DNA of 64,000 nt from the human T2T-CHM13v2.0 reference genome, Homo sapiens, in assembly GCF_009914755.1 (NCBI RefSeq), contig NC_060926.1; one strand, written 5' to 3'. Both the position numbers and the translations under genes were made by a program. The notes under the pieces were generated by a model. The model saw nothing but the letters and a program-made list of their open reading frames with translations. It ran no database searches and was not told the DNA's origin. Shown here piece after piece: positions 14,621 to 28,865 of this stretch (position 1 is its first letter; each line of letters opens with the position of its first letter).

Positions 14621-15111
14621 CACTGAAATGTGCCGCACATGTGAGTCTGACTCAACTCCTTTTTATTCTAGCAATTTCTTAACTCACTCAATGGTTTTGA
14701 CAAAGCAGCAGGTCAAAGTACTCCTGAAGCTTTTTCCCTCTCCAAAAATGTGAACAGCCAACATTTCCACTCAGGTTAAACTATCCTAGGGAAAAAAAAA
14801 ATTGTCATTTTTGCCAAGTGTCTTTACAACTGTTTGAACTTTTTTGAGGATTTGGGAACAAGAAATAAGATGGGCTGAATGAATGTAACAATAGAGGCTT
14901 GTTTCTGGATTTATTCAATGATTAGTTCAGCAAGTATTTGGATAAGCACTTGTTTTGTATCCTAGAGACTGAGGATTACCCATGAACAAGTTGTTCCTTC
15001 ATTTGGGCTTGTCTGCTCCCAAATCCAGACTGTTTCCTGGAGGCTGTCTATTAAAAATAATTTTTGAGGCAAGTCTGTAAAAGCAAATTGTAAATAAAAA
15101 CTAAAATATCT

Positions 15112-15459
<348 letters not shown>

Positions 15460-16030
15460 TTAGGATTCCTCTAACATATTATATCTCCACTTTCCCTTCC
15501 AGCCACTTCATCACTTCACTGTTGCCTGACTTTGGTTTCGGGAAGGCATCTCTGGAGCCACATGGTGGAACATGCCTGTGGACAGGAGTAGCTTCAGAGA
15601 CTGGGGACCCTGCCAGAGCAATGTGGACTCAACAAACAGTACTGGGAGCATGAAAAGAGAGGGTGTGAGCATCAAGTATGCTCACTTGACTGCCAAATCC
15701 CCAGCTGCCTTCCTGTCCTTTTCCTGTCCTGCTCATAAAAAGCATAGACAAACAGGAAGGGGAATACGACGTTGTAACAACCATCTGGAGGTTGTATGTA
15801 AGAGAAGGTAGTAAAATCCACATTTTATAATGACCTTTAATTGATCCAACCTGGATATTTCTTATCCAAAAGTATGGGCCCTGTGGGTGAGGCTGATGAG
15901 CATATTTTACACAGTGTTATGAACTGGGGTTTTAGAATTCAAAGTAGCATCGGCCAGCTTTCATCAATTTGGACCCTGTGACATACGAATAGAGTGAGTA
16001 TGTGTAGACCCCCAGAAATAGGGTCTAAAC

Positions 16031-16210
16031 AATTTTTTTCCAGCATACATCTCAAGAATGAAGGTTGTCTTAGATTGGCTTTATTGACTCTACTGCACTG
16101 CAGACCAAGCAGAAATAAGCAGGCAAAGATATTTATATGGAAATATTTCAGCCATTAGTATTAAGTGAAAGGTTTTTTATAGCTTTCAGAATGTTTTCCT
16201 GAGGCTACTA
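16031..16210 (+). repeat. Local direct duplication, copy A (partner 18084-18271)
   Basis: agattggctttattgactctactgcact...cctgaggctacta occurs twice. About 87% identity by hand over about 150 bp. Confidence 0.92.
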
Positions 16211-16388
16211 TTAATACTTCTCCAAGGGGAGTGGGGGAGTAAAGGAAGGGAAGACAGGAAAGGGAGCATCCTTGGACAGAATACAAAGAATAGTATATTA
16301 TTTAAAGAAAATTCCTGCCTCAAAGGGAAGGAAAATAACTGTTGCTAGCCATTGGAAATTAAGAGAAAAAAAGTAAGAGTAAAGGATT

Positions 16389-17069
16389 ATGGAGAACTTC
16401 TGTTAGGGCAGTGTGGAAGGGAAATGTTGGGTTGGAGCCCCCACACAGATTCCCCATTGGGGCACTGCCTAGTGGGGCTATGAGAAGAGGGCTGCTGTCC
16501 TCCAGACTCCAGAATGGCAGATCCACTGACAGCCTGCACTGTGTGCCTGGAAATGCTGCAGACTCTCAATGCCAGCCCATGAAAGTAGCCAGGAGGAAAG
16601 CTGTACCCTGCAAGGCCACAGGGGTGGAGCTGCCCAAGACCATGGGAATCCACTTCTTGCATCGGCATGGCTTGGCTCTGTGTCCCCACCCAAATCTCAC
16701 CCTGTAGCTCTCATAATTCCCACGTGTTGTTGGAGGTACCCACTGGGAGATGATTGAATTATGGGAGCGGGTCTTTCCCATGCTGTTCTCATGATAGTGA
16801 GGTCTTTCTGTTCTTTCCCATGCTGTCCTTGTGATAGTGATTGGGTGTCATGAGATGTGATGATTTTTAAAATGGGAAATGCCCCACACAAGCTCTCTCT
16901 TTGCCTGTTGCCATCCATGGAAGATGTGACTTCCTCCTCCTTGCCTTCCACCATGATTGTGAGGCTTCACCAGCCATGTGGATCTGTAAGTACAATTAAA
17001 CCTCTTTCTTTTGTAAATTGACCAGTCTCGGATATGTCTCTATCAGCAGCATGAAAATGGACTAATGCA
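16389..17069 (+). mobile_element. THE1 (THE1C-like) truncated internal segment (16389-16666) plus 3' LTR (about 16667-17069)
   Basis: atggagaacttctgttagggcagtgtggaagggaaatg (THE1-int). tgtgtccccacccaaatctc...aattaaacctctttc...ggactaatgca (LTR). Confidence 0.9.
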
Positions 17070-17332
<263 letters not shown>

Positions 17333-17981
17333 CTAAACTTCTTCAAAAGATTAGCTAAAGGAAAGACTATGGATGGATACAGGATTTAGAGTTGTGAAAA
17401 CTGGATGTCTTTACTTGTTGCGTTTAAAATTTTAATAATAAGCAATTCTGTTTAGATATTAACTTTACATTTTTTTCTTGTAAGTGAAAACAAAAGAATA
17501 CAGATGAACAAACAGACAACAACTCTCTACATTGAGGTTCTGATTTTGTACAAAAGTATTGAAAGATGAAGGGATTAAAATTCAATATTCAAGAAATTTT
17601 GGAGTTTAAAAAATGGTGTTCTCTTTGGAAAGTTATCTACTTAGGTAATTGTTAAAACTACTTAAGTGGAAACAGAAAGCTGCATCATTGTAATTGCAAA
17701 AGATCCTCTCCTTTTATGACTTTTAAATATCAGTGTTTGTGAATATTACATGCATATGTCTAGTCAGGCAATATGATCTCTGTTAGCAGGCTGCAGCTAT
17801 AAATTCACCAATGAAAATTTGCAGACTCCAGCAGAATGCTCACATTAATGAGTCCTTTGGGATAACATTTGCTTGAACTATGTTTATCTAAACCAGTGTT
17901 AAAATCAATTAACTTATAAATAATAATGAATTAAGTTTCCTATTTCAGCCACAGTTATTCTCTATTAGCTGAAATGCTCCT

Positions 17982-18026
<45 letters not shown>

Positions 18027-18040
18027 GTCTTTCCCTCTCT
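17982..18040. repeat. (TC)n microsatellite
   Basis: Seen directly. Confidence 0.95.
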
Positions 18041-18083
18041 TATTAGATTTCTACATATAACTTTTCCTGTTTCAGAGGGAATT

Positions 18084-18271
18084 AATTTTTTTTCCCAGTA
18101 TACATCCCTTCTTTGGAGAAGGAAGATTGTTTAAGATTGGCTTTATTGACTCTACTGCACTAGAGACAAAACAGAAATAAGTAGGCAAAGGTATTTATGT
18201 GGAAATGTTTTAACCATTAGTATTAGGTGAAAGTTCTTTATAGCTTTTAGAATATTGTCCTGAGGCTACTA
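18084..18271 (+). repeat. Local direct duplication, copy B (partner 16031-16210)
   Basis: Aligns to copy A as described for 16031-16210. Confidence 0.92.
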
Positions 18272-20149
18272 CCCCTTCAAGGGGCTTAAAAGCTCCAGAC
18301 CCAGCTTTTAGTGAAAGTTCTGAACAGCCAAGTTGGAAAGTTATTTTTTTAAGCTGAAAGTAAAAGGTAGAAAAATGGATAGTATAATAGAACTAGAATA
18401 TTTTCACTTCTTATTTCAGGGGTTGTTTTTTACCTGATTACCTTAATTGATCTTATAAAAATGTGACTATAGTTTGTGTTGTTGTATTATTATTTTTGTA
18501 ATAATTATAATAATATTTTTTGAAGATCTGAACTTCAATATTTGATAATACAATAATAACATTTGAATAGCTCATCTCTATAGAGTAATTCATTACTTCA
18601 AAGTACAAAATCGGAGGAAGCTGCATGGCATATTGAAACTCCTGTGTTTATCTGCACTAATCACTTCCTGGTACCATTGTGCTCAATGTTACATGAAATA
18701 CTCTGACATAAAAACAAAAATGTACTTGTAATAATAAACATATTTGCAAAATTATAATAAAAATGTACTGCAACCCACCTGTGTTTTTGTCCTTTGCAAT
18801 TTGAGTTTTATCAACCCTATAAAAGGACCCATGAACACTCTACTACTGTTATATTATAATGTCATATACATGTCTCAAATGGCTATTAGTTTGTTTTTCA
18901 GGTATACTCTCTTAGACCTCTAAATAATTCATGTTGAGTTAAAGGTTTGCCAAAAATTCTTCAATCTCCTAGATTTCTTTGTCACTGGTTTAGTTCAAAC
19001 TGCTTAATTATCTCCGAAAGCAAACAGCAAGGCCAGGGACTGCTTTGCCTATTTTTTGCCACTGTTGCTTTTTGTGCAATTTATACTTCTGCATCCGGTG
19101 CTTCTGAAAAACAGTCTCTGTGCTTTCTTGCTCCAGCAGGTGATTAATCTATTTCTTACATACATGGGTATATTATCTCAGGCTAGGGATAGAGTCAAAA
19201 GATGCCACCTGAAATATCCTGATATTGGCACATATAGCTGCCTTAGAAGACAGAAGAGAAGAGTCTTTGAACAGGGAAAATGGAAAATAGCACTTATTAT
19301 AGTTTTAGTTTTTATTTTTTTAATCAAGAAAGGAAATTATCAGGAGTGTAACTTTTTCAGTGTAAAAAAACACAGACAACAAAAAAACACAATGGCAAAA
19401 ATTCCACTGACTCCATTGGAATAATATGTACATAGGTTCAAATATTAGTGACTTTAGTTAAGACCTTGAGTCCTAAAATTGCCATCCCTTGGAGAGAAGT
19501 TGAAATATCTTTCTTTAGACACACAGAACGTATTATTCTGATGATGCTGGGCAGGAAACATCATCCTAACCAATAAACATGGAGTTGATTCCAGACCATA
19601 TCCAATAAAGATGGAACAAAATCAAGAAGGAACAAGGAGGAAAGAAGAAAAGCACAAATACCACACTGCTTCCATGGACACCCTACTTCTGTGTTTTGTA
19701 AGTGAATCATATTAGTCTCTCATGGCCTAAAATGAAATAACTAGCACATTGTAAACATTCTTTCATGGTAAACATCAATAATACCTAAAGCTTTGTTCAG
19801 TAGGGTAACTTGAGGAGATGGTTTGGTACAAGAGTGAATAGCATATAATATCAAATTTGGTGGCAAGGAACCCACACAAATGCACACATTAACAAGTTCT
19901 TATATTGGAATAGGATTTTATGCCAATAAATGGAAAGTATTAGTATAAGTGGGTCGTTCTAAGGAGCATTCAGTCACTATGGCAATGGGAGTTAGTTGCT
20001 GGTGTCACCTGCGCCCCAATTATATCTACAGGAACCCTCTTAACTCAGAATGTTGCCATTTGTACTATTTTCACTAAATCACACGACGGAACCTTGAGAG
20101 GATGGGTGGCACCAAATCTCAGGTCACAACAAATGCACCATGATCATGT

Positions 20150-20450
20150 GCGTCAAGGATCCCGACAACCCCCAGGTTTCACAGGACTATAGATGAAAAG
20201 ATTCACAGGACTCAGCATATGGTTGCACAAAATTTTAGACTCTCAAAGGGAAACCACAATGTAAACAACATTATTTGTACAAACACTTTAGGCACAATAA
20301 GTCACTGTGACCTTTTGGGAAAAGTTACGTATAGTTGTAGGGAATTGTTTTCCAGCCAAGTTCTCCTGTGTCAGCCAGGGGCCAACCTAGCATGCAGATC
20401 CTTCTAAGGAGAGCAGTCACAGGTCTACTGTGAGAATTGCTTTCTGTATA
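20150..20450 (-). mobile_element. ERVL LTR fragment (MER68/MER77-like), internally deleted
   Basis: cacaggactcagcatat, tgtacaaacactttaggcaca, ggggccaacctagcatgcagatccttctaaggagagcagtc. Confidence 0.7.
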
Positions 20451-20564
20451 GCTTGAAACCTACATTTATTGTCAAAACCAATAATAATTTTTTTTAAAAA
20501 AAGAGAAATAGAGAGAGGTTAGTCGGGAGAGATTCTTAGTGGCAAATAATGACTAAATGAGTTT

Positions 20565-20573
20565 CTATCTATC

Positions 20574-20615
<42 letters not shown>

Positions 20616-20621
20616 GTATCT
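20565..20621. repeat. (TCTA)n tetranucleotide STR
   Basis: Seen directly. Confidence 0.95.
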
Positions 20622-21294
20622 GTCAATGAATTGACATGTAAATCAGCATCATTATTGTTGTTGGAATTACAAATAAATGGAATAACTTATTCCATTTGTA
20701 ATTCTAAGACAGCCTTAAAATCATTGGGATACTAAAATAATAAAGGTAATTTTAAGTTTATTAAAAGTAGCTGAAATAAAAATAAAATAAATAAATAAAT
20801 AAAAATAAAGCTGAATTTCTTTTTAAATTATTATTATTTCAATAGTTTTGGGGGAACAGGTGGTATTTGATTACATAGATAGGTTCTTTAGGGTGATTTC
20901 TGAGATTTTGATGCACTCATCACCCAAGAAGTGTACCCTGCACCCAATATATAACCTTTTATCTCTCACCTGCCTCCCACCCTTCCCCTCAAGTCCCCAG
21001 AGTCCATTATGACATACTTACATCTTTGCATCTTTGTAACTTAGCTCCACTAATAAGTGAGAACATATGATGTTAAGTTTTCCATTCCTGAGTTACTTCA
21101 CTTAGAATAGTGGTCTCCAACTCTATCCAGTTGCTGCGAATGCCATTATTTCCTTCCTTTCTATGTCTGAGTGTATTCCATGGTGTGTGTGTATGTGTGT
21201 GTGTATACACACATATATATGCATACACACAAACACATACACACACACCCATATACTCAGCCATAGAAAGGTAAGTAAGCCATAGAAAGGTAGT

Positions 21295-21422
21295 TACAAC
21301 TATATGTCACTTTCCCAAAATGATCACAATGACTCATTGTGCCTAAAATGTTTGTACAAATAATGTGTTTACACTGTGGTTTCCCTCTGAGAGTCTAAAA
21401 TTTTGTACAACCATATGCTAAG
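21295..21422 (-). repeat. Inverted copy of 20211-20339 inserted within the L1PB
   Basis: Reverse complement cttagcatatggttgtacaaaattttagactctc...catatagttgta matches 20211-20339 at about 90% by hand count. Confidence 0.92.
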
Positions 21423-22444
21423 TGTGTGTGTGTATATATATATATATATACATCTCACATTTTCTTTATCCACTCATTGGTTGGTGGGCATTTTAAGCTG
21501 GTTCCATATTTTTGAAATTGTGAATTTTGCTGCTATAAACAGGTGTAGACAAGTGTCTTTTTCATATGACTTCTTTTCCTCTGGGTAGATTCCTAGCAGT
21601 GGGATTACTAGATCAAATGGTAGTTTTACTTTTAGTTCTTTAAGGAATCTCCACACTGTTTTCCATAGTGGCTGTACTAGTTTACTTTCCTACCAGCAGT
21701 GTAAAACTGTTCCCTTTTCACCACATTCACACGAACACTTATTATTTTTTCTATTTTTTTTAAATTATAGCCATTCTTGCAGGAATAAGGTGGTACCTCA
21801 CTGTGGCTTTGAATTGCATTTCCCTGATCATTAGTGACACTGAGCATTTTTCCTTATGTTTGTTAGCCATTTTTATATCTTCTTTCGAGAACTGTCTATC
21901 CATGTCCTTAGTCCACCTTTTGATGGGATTGTTTTGTTTCTTTCTTGCTGATTTGAGTTCCTTGTAAATTCTGGATATTAGTACTCTGTTGGATGCATAG
22001 TTTGAGAAGATTTTCTCCCACTCTGTGGGTTGTCTATTTACTCTGCTGATTATTTCTTTTGCTGCATAGAAGCTTTTTCATTTAATTAAGTCCCATCTAT
22101 TCATATTTGTTTTCATTGCATTTGCTTTTTGGTTCTTGGTCATAAAGTCTTTGCCTAAGCCAATGTATAGAAGGTTTTCTTCTGATGTTATCTTCTAGGA
22201 TTTATATGGTCTCAGGTCTCAGATTTAAGTCTTTGATCCATCTTGAGTTGATTTTTGTATAACGTGAGAGATGAAGGTCCAGTTTTATAATTCTACAGGT
22301 GGCTTGCCAATTATCTCAGCACAATTTGTTGAATAGGATGTCCTTTCCCCATTTTATGTTTTTGTTTGCTTTGTTGAAGATCAGTTGGCTGTAAGTATTT
22401 GGCTTTATTTCTAGGTTCTCTATTCTGTTCCATCAGTCTATGTG

Positions 22445-22486
<42 letters not shown>

Positions 22487-24155
22487 AGTACTATGCTGTT
22501 TGATGACTATATCCTTATAGTATAGTTTTAAGTCAGGCAATGTGATGCCTCCAGATTTGTTCTTTTTGGTTAATCTTGCTTTGCCTATGTGGGCTCTTTT
22601 TTGCTCCCATATAAATTTTAGGATTGTTTTTTCTAGTTCTGTGAAGAATGATGGTGGTATTTTGATGGGAATTGCATTGAATTTGTAGATTGCTTTTGGA
22701 GATATGGTCATTTTTACAATATTGATTCTACCCGTCTATGAGCATGAGATGCATTTCCATTTGTTTGTGTCATCTGTGATTTCTTTCACTAGTGTTTTGT
22801 AGTTTTCCTTGTAGAGGTCTTTCACCTCCTTGTTTAGGTATATTCCTAAGTACTTTATTTCTTTTTTTGCAGCTATTGTAAAAGGGGTTGGGTTCTTGAT
22901 TTGATTCTCAGCTTGGTCGCTGTTGATGTGTAGCAGTGCTACTGATTTGTGTGCATTGATTTTGTATCCTAAAACTTTACTGAATTCATTTATCAGATCT
23001 AGGAGCTTTTTGGGTGAGTCTTTAGGGTTTTCTAGGTATACAATCATATCATCAGTGAACAGCAACCATTTGACTTCCTCTTTACTGATTTGGATGCTCT
23101 TTATTTCTTTCTCTTGACTGAGTTTTCTTCTTCCTCAGGAGTACTAATTATTCTTATGTTTGGTCACTTAACATAATCCCAAATTATTTAGAGGCTTAGT
23201 TCATTTTTTTAATTCTTTTTTCTTTGTATTTGTCTGAATGGGTTAATCCAAAAGCCTTGTCTTTGAATTCTGAAGTCCTTTCTTCTACTTGTTCAAACTT
23301 CTATTGTTAAAACTATCTAGTGTATTTTGCTTTTCTCTAAGTGTGTCTTTCATTTCCAGAAGTTGTAATCGTCTTTTCTTTATGATATCTATTTCTCTGG
23401 AGACTTCTTCATCCATATGCTGTATTTTTTAAAATTTCTTTAAGACAATTTTCATCTTTTTCTGGTGTCTCCTTAAGTAGCTTAATAATCAACTTTCTGA
23501 ATTCTTTTTCTGGCAATTCAGAGATTTCTTCTTGGTTTGGATCCATTGCTGGAGAGCTAGAGTGAGTCTTGAAGAACCTTGGGTATCTTACAGAATCTTA
23601 CTTTGCTATGTGACCAAAATTACTTTTCTGGTTCCTTCTCATTTGGGTATACTGTTTCAGTGGAAAGATCTGGAACTCAAGGGCTGCTGTTCAAGTTCTT
23701 TTGTACCATGGGGTGATGCCTTGATGCTGTGCTCTTCCCCTTCCTCTAGGGATAGGGCTTCCTGAGAGCCAGAATGAAGTGATTTTTATTTCTATTCTGG
23801 GCCTAGCCACCCAGTGGGGTGGCTGGGTTCCAGGCTGGTGCTGGAGAATGTCTGCAAAGAGTCCTGTGATGTAATCTGTCTTCAGGTCTCGCAGCCATGG
23901 ATACCAGCATCTGTACCATTAAAAGTGGCAGGGGAACTAATTGGACTCTGTGATGGTCTTTGGTTGTAGTTTTGTTTAGTGCACTGGTTTTCTCAAATGG
24001 TGGTTATGATAGCAGTAAAGTCATGTGGACAGACACAGGTCCTCTGGTGAGGCAGGGTACTTCAGGTGGTGGAATTAGCTCTTATTTTCTCCTTCTTTGA
24101 AGCAGGATTGTTCTGTTCTGAGTTTCTGTAATGGCTTGAGTTGGTTGACCTCCAG

Positions 24156-24169
24156 CCAGGAGGTGGCGC
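24156..24169 (+). promoter_or_regulatory. Candidate CTCF site within the L1PB 5' UTR
   Basis: CCAGGAGGTGGCGC is a close match to the CTCF core, with the CpG retained. Confidence 0.5.
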
Positions 24170-25984
24170 TTTCAAGAGAGCTCCAGCTACAGTAGTAGAA
24201 GTGGGGTATAATCTTGCCTTGTGTTGGCCAGGATGAGTACTGGGGCCTCTCAGGTGATGGGCAGGGCCATAGAGTGGTGAGCCAGGCTGAAATCTTGTCC
24301 CAGGCTAAAAGCTTCCCTGCTGAGAAAGCAAGCAGGTGTCTCAGGCCTCACCTCTGCCTGCCTGAACCTTAGGTTGCAGCTTCTGCACTCATATCTGCAC
24401 TTCTCTTTCACCACCCAACCTCCCAACCCCCTGCCCTGGAGTCTACTCAGGAGAATTCATGCTCGGTCAAAATTATTACAAAGTTCAGCAGGAATTTCCT
24501 TCACCCTGTGGACCCTCCCCATTTCTGCTGGCTGCCTTCCCTTCCCTGTACACCTGTGTGAGATAAAGCCATGAATGGTCCCTGGGGCTCAAGCTGAGGA
24601 CCAGGAGTGCCTACAGAGTTCTTCCTGCTGCTTCTACTTTTATAGTTTACTCAGTTCTCTAAATCCATTTCAGCTCTAGATAAGGTTAAATGCTTCTCCT
24701 GTGATCTGGATTTTCAGGTTCCCCAGTAGGAATGTGTACTTGGAGGCCAACTTTTTTCCCTCTCACACTTCGGGAACTCACAGTTTTTTGGCTGTCTCAT
24801 GGCGTTTGCAGTGGCAAGCCACTTCTTTCAAAGGGTCTGTGAATTCTTTTGGTTTTCCTGGTATGCTTCTTTGGTGGTTCTTGTAGCAAAACTTCACAAT
24901 GTGAGTCCCAGCGGGACTGTCCATCCAGCGGGAGGTGGATGTTAGTCCTGTCTCCTAGCCACCATTTTTTTTTTTCACTTATGAATTTCTAATATTTCTT
25001 CTTTTCACCTCGCTCCACACACAAAAAGATTTACGCCAGTTAACTTAAACTATGTAAATCCTCCAGCATAATTTTGGCCAATACCCAACCTACCAATCAC
25101 AAATGGTAGATAAAAGTAGGATAAAAAGCATCATTCTGTTATTTATGGATTTCAGTAGGTAAATATTAGATATGACTTGATTACCAGCTCCCCCAAGTAG
25201 CTACATGAAGGTTAACCTCCCCTCTGCTGTTTTGTCTCTGCCCCAAGAACATCTAGCTTTCTCCTAATATTGAATATATAGAAAGATGAGGGGTAGCAAC
25301 CTCAAGATAAGCATTTGGGAATTCACTGATATAAGCAGAGAAGGCAATATAACATGAATGTAATGTCAACCATGTGGTGACCAGGCAGACCCTTGAAAAC
25401 TCCTTTTAGGAGGGAAGGCTCGAGGACTCAGTTACACAGACAAGCACAAGCAAATGATGAATTGAGATTTGGGAGGATCAGAGAACCATTCTAGCAGCTC
25501 CCTATCAACGTGGTCTCTGTATCTTTCATGCAAAGAAGGCATAGACTATTCTCAGGATTGGAAGTCTGGCAGTTTATCTCTTGGAGGCTCAGTGCTTGGT
25601 TATAGAGTGGCAGACATGTGCAACAGCAGTAAAGTCAGACTAACTGGAGTCACACAGCTTTAGAGATTTCTTAACACCAGATAGGTAATACTATACCAAG
25701 CAGAGAGGCAGTGATGTGCACTCTACCCAAAAAAGTAGGAAAGTCTGACAACAAAGTAGCACACAATAGAGAGTAGCATCTATTGGAAACTCCTATGCAG
25801 GTGGAACAATAGCAGTGTCAGCAGGAATAGAGATGAATATATATGTGTGCTCATGTGAAACACACACGTGTGAGCACAGATGAAACTTAGGAATCTCCCA
25901 GAAATATTTATAGAGAGGAATGTTTCTGAAGCTAGAGAACATGTAGGAACAGAAGGAACGAGAACCAAAAATATTTGGGTAGCT

Positions 25985-26085
25985 GGGGTCACCAAGCATT
26001 CAGTTTAACTTGAGGATTTCCTGGGTTTTAGCACTGAAAGACCCAGGGAAACTCTCCCATTCTCAAGCAAATGACTCGTTACTCT
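25985..26085. mobile_element. MER94-like hAT-Blackjack MITE
   Basis: ggggtcaccaa...ggttttagcactgaaag...gttactct, with degenerate TIRs. Confidence 0.6.
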
Positions 26086-26149
26086 AGTTATAACTCTAAC
26101 TGTGATCCAATTTGTGCTATGTCCTGATTGGTCCTGGGGAAATTTGAAT

Positions 26150-27720
<1,571 letters not shown>

Positions 27721-28865
27721 GGTTCTGTAAAAAGGTGTACCTAACTGTTCTACTTGTTTGCTATTTTCAAGATATTCCCAACAACCATGGGTATTTCTTG
27801 AATGGCTTCATTCAGTTTGATTGAGTTGAACTTCAGAAAGAGGAGGAAGAACATCAGCCTCTTGGCAGGGGTGATGTTTGCTCTGTTTGCCCCGCTCCTA
27901 TTAATTCTTTCCAAACTGGTGCAAATAAAAAGGCACTGAATATATCTCCTAACCTGGATATACTGGAAAAAAGCTCTTAAACTCATAGCAAACAAAAAAG
28001 ACCCCTTCTACCCCTACATCTGTATCTTTTTTTTTTTTTTGGCTTTTTATTATTTAATAATCAAATATTTAAAAAGTGACCCCAGATAGGTGGGTTGTAT
28101 TGTTTATTGCTCAGTAACAGAAACTCACTTATGCTACTTTAAATTGTTTGAGTTTATTAAAAAGATATATGTGGCAAACAAGGGAGGCAAGACCCCATAG
28201 GAACCCAGGAACTGATGAACAAATGTTTGATGCTCGTGGAAATGGAACATAAGTAGTGGAATTGTCCACACAGTATTGGGGTTCCATTGATTTGGTTGTC
28301 TTCTTGACTGAGTGCATCATTCCTGGGCAATTATGGAACTCATCTTTTGATCTTGCCTTCCCCCAATCAGCTCATTCTTCTCCCTTGCAGCTTCAGCTTC
28401 TTCATATCTTTACCTCCCTCATGGCTTCCACAGGTCTCGCCACCACATGCCTCCTGGAGTTCCTCTCAGCTTCTGCTACCACACGCCCTGCTCTTGCAAA
28501 TTCTGTTTCCCGGTTTAAATTCTAGAGAAGGAATCTGGCTGACATAGCTACTTACTTGTGTTTAGAGCACTTCCTGTCAGGCCACTTTGGGTGGTTGCCC
28601 TTGAGATAGGTATCCATCTTGCATGCCTAAGGGATCAGGAAATAGAGAACTTACTTACCCTGGTTTGGAACCAATGTCTTAAAGACATTTTACGTTAAAA
28701 TGAGAGAGATAGTCTGGATTCTTTATCTAAGTGGCTTAAAAAGATCCCTGCAAGGGACTATGAAATTTACATAACAATGAGAAAAAAAAATCACACTTTC
28801 ACTTACTGGTTAGACCTCTTTTTCACCCAGATAATCAGGTAAAAGCAATGAAAATCTAATCATAT

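Larger units (their letters stand above)
20821..24981 (-). mobile_element. L1PB-like LINE-1 retaining 5' UTR and 3' end, with a large internal ORF1-ORF2 deletion
   Basis: 3' UTR gggaacaggtggtatttgattacat. ORF2 peptides in ORFs 22433-22711 and 22736-23065 ([13 protein letters not shown] = RT FADD motif region). ORF2-to-ORF1 jump at about 23120. TSD TGAATTTCT at 20812-20820 and 24982-24990. Confidence 0.9.

Noticed and set aside
19056-19424. 122-aa ORF in unique sequence
   Set aside because: TTG start, low-complexity AT-driven composition, no recognisable domain.
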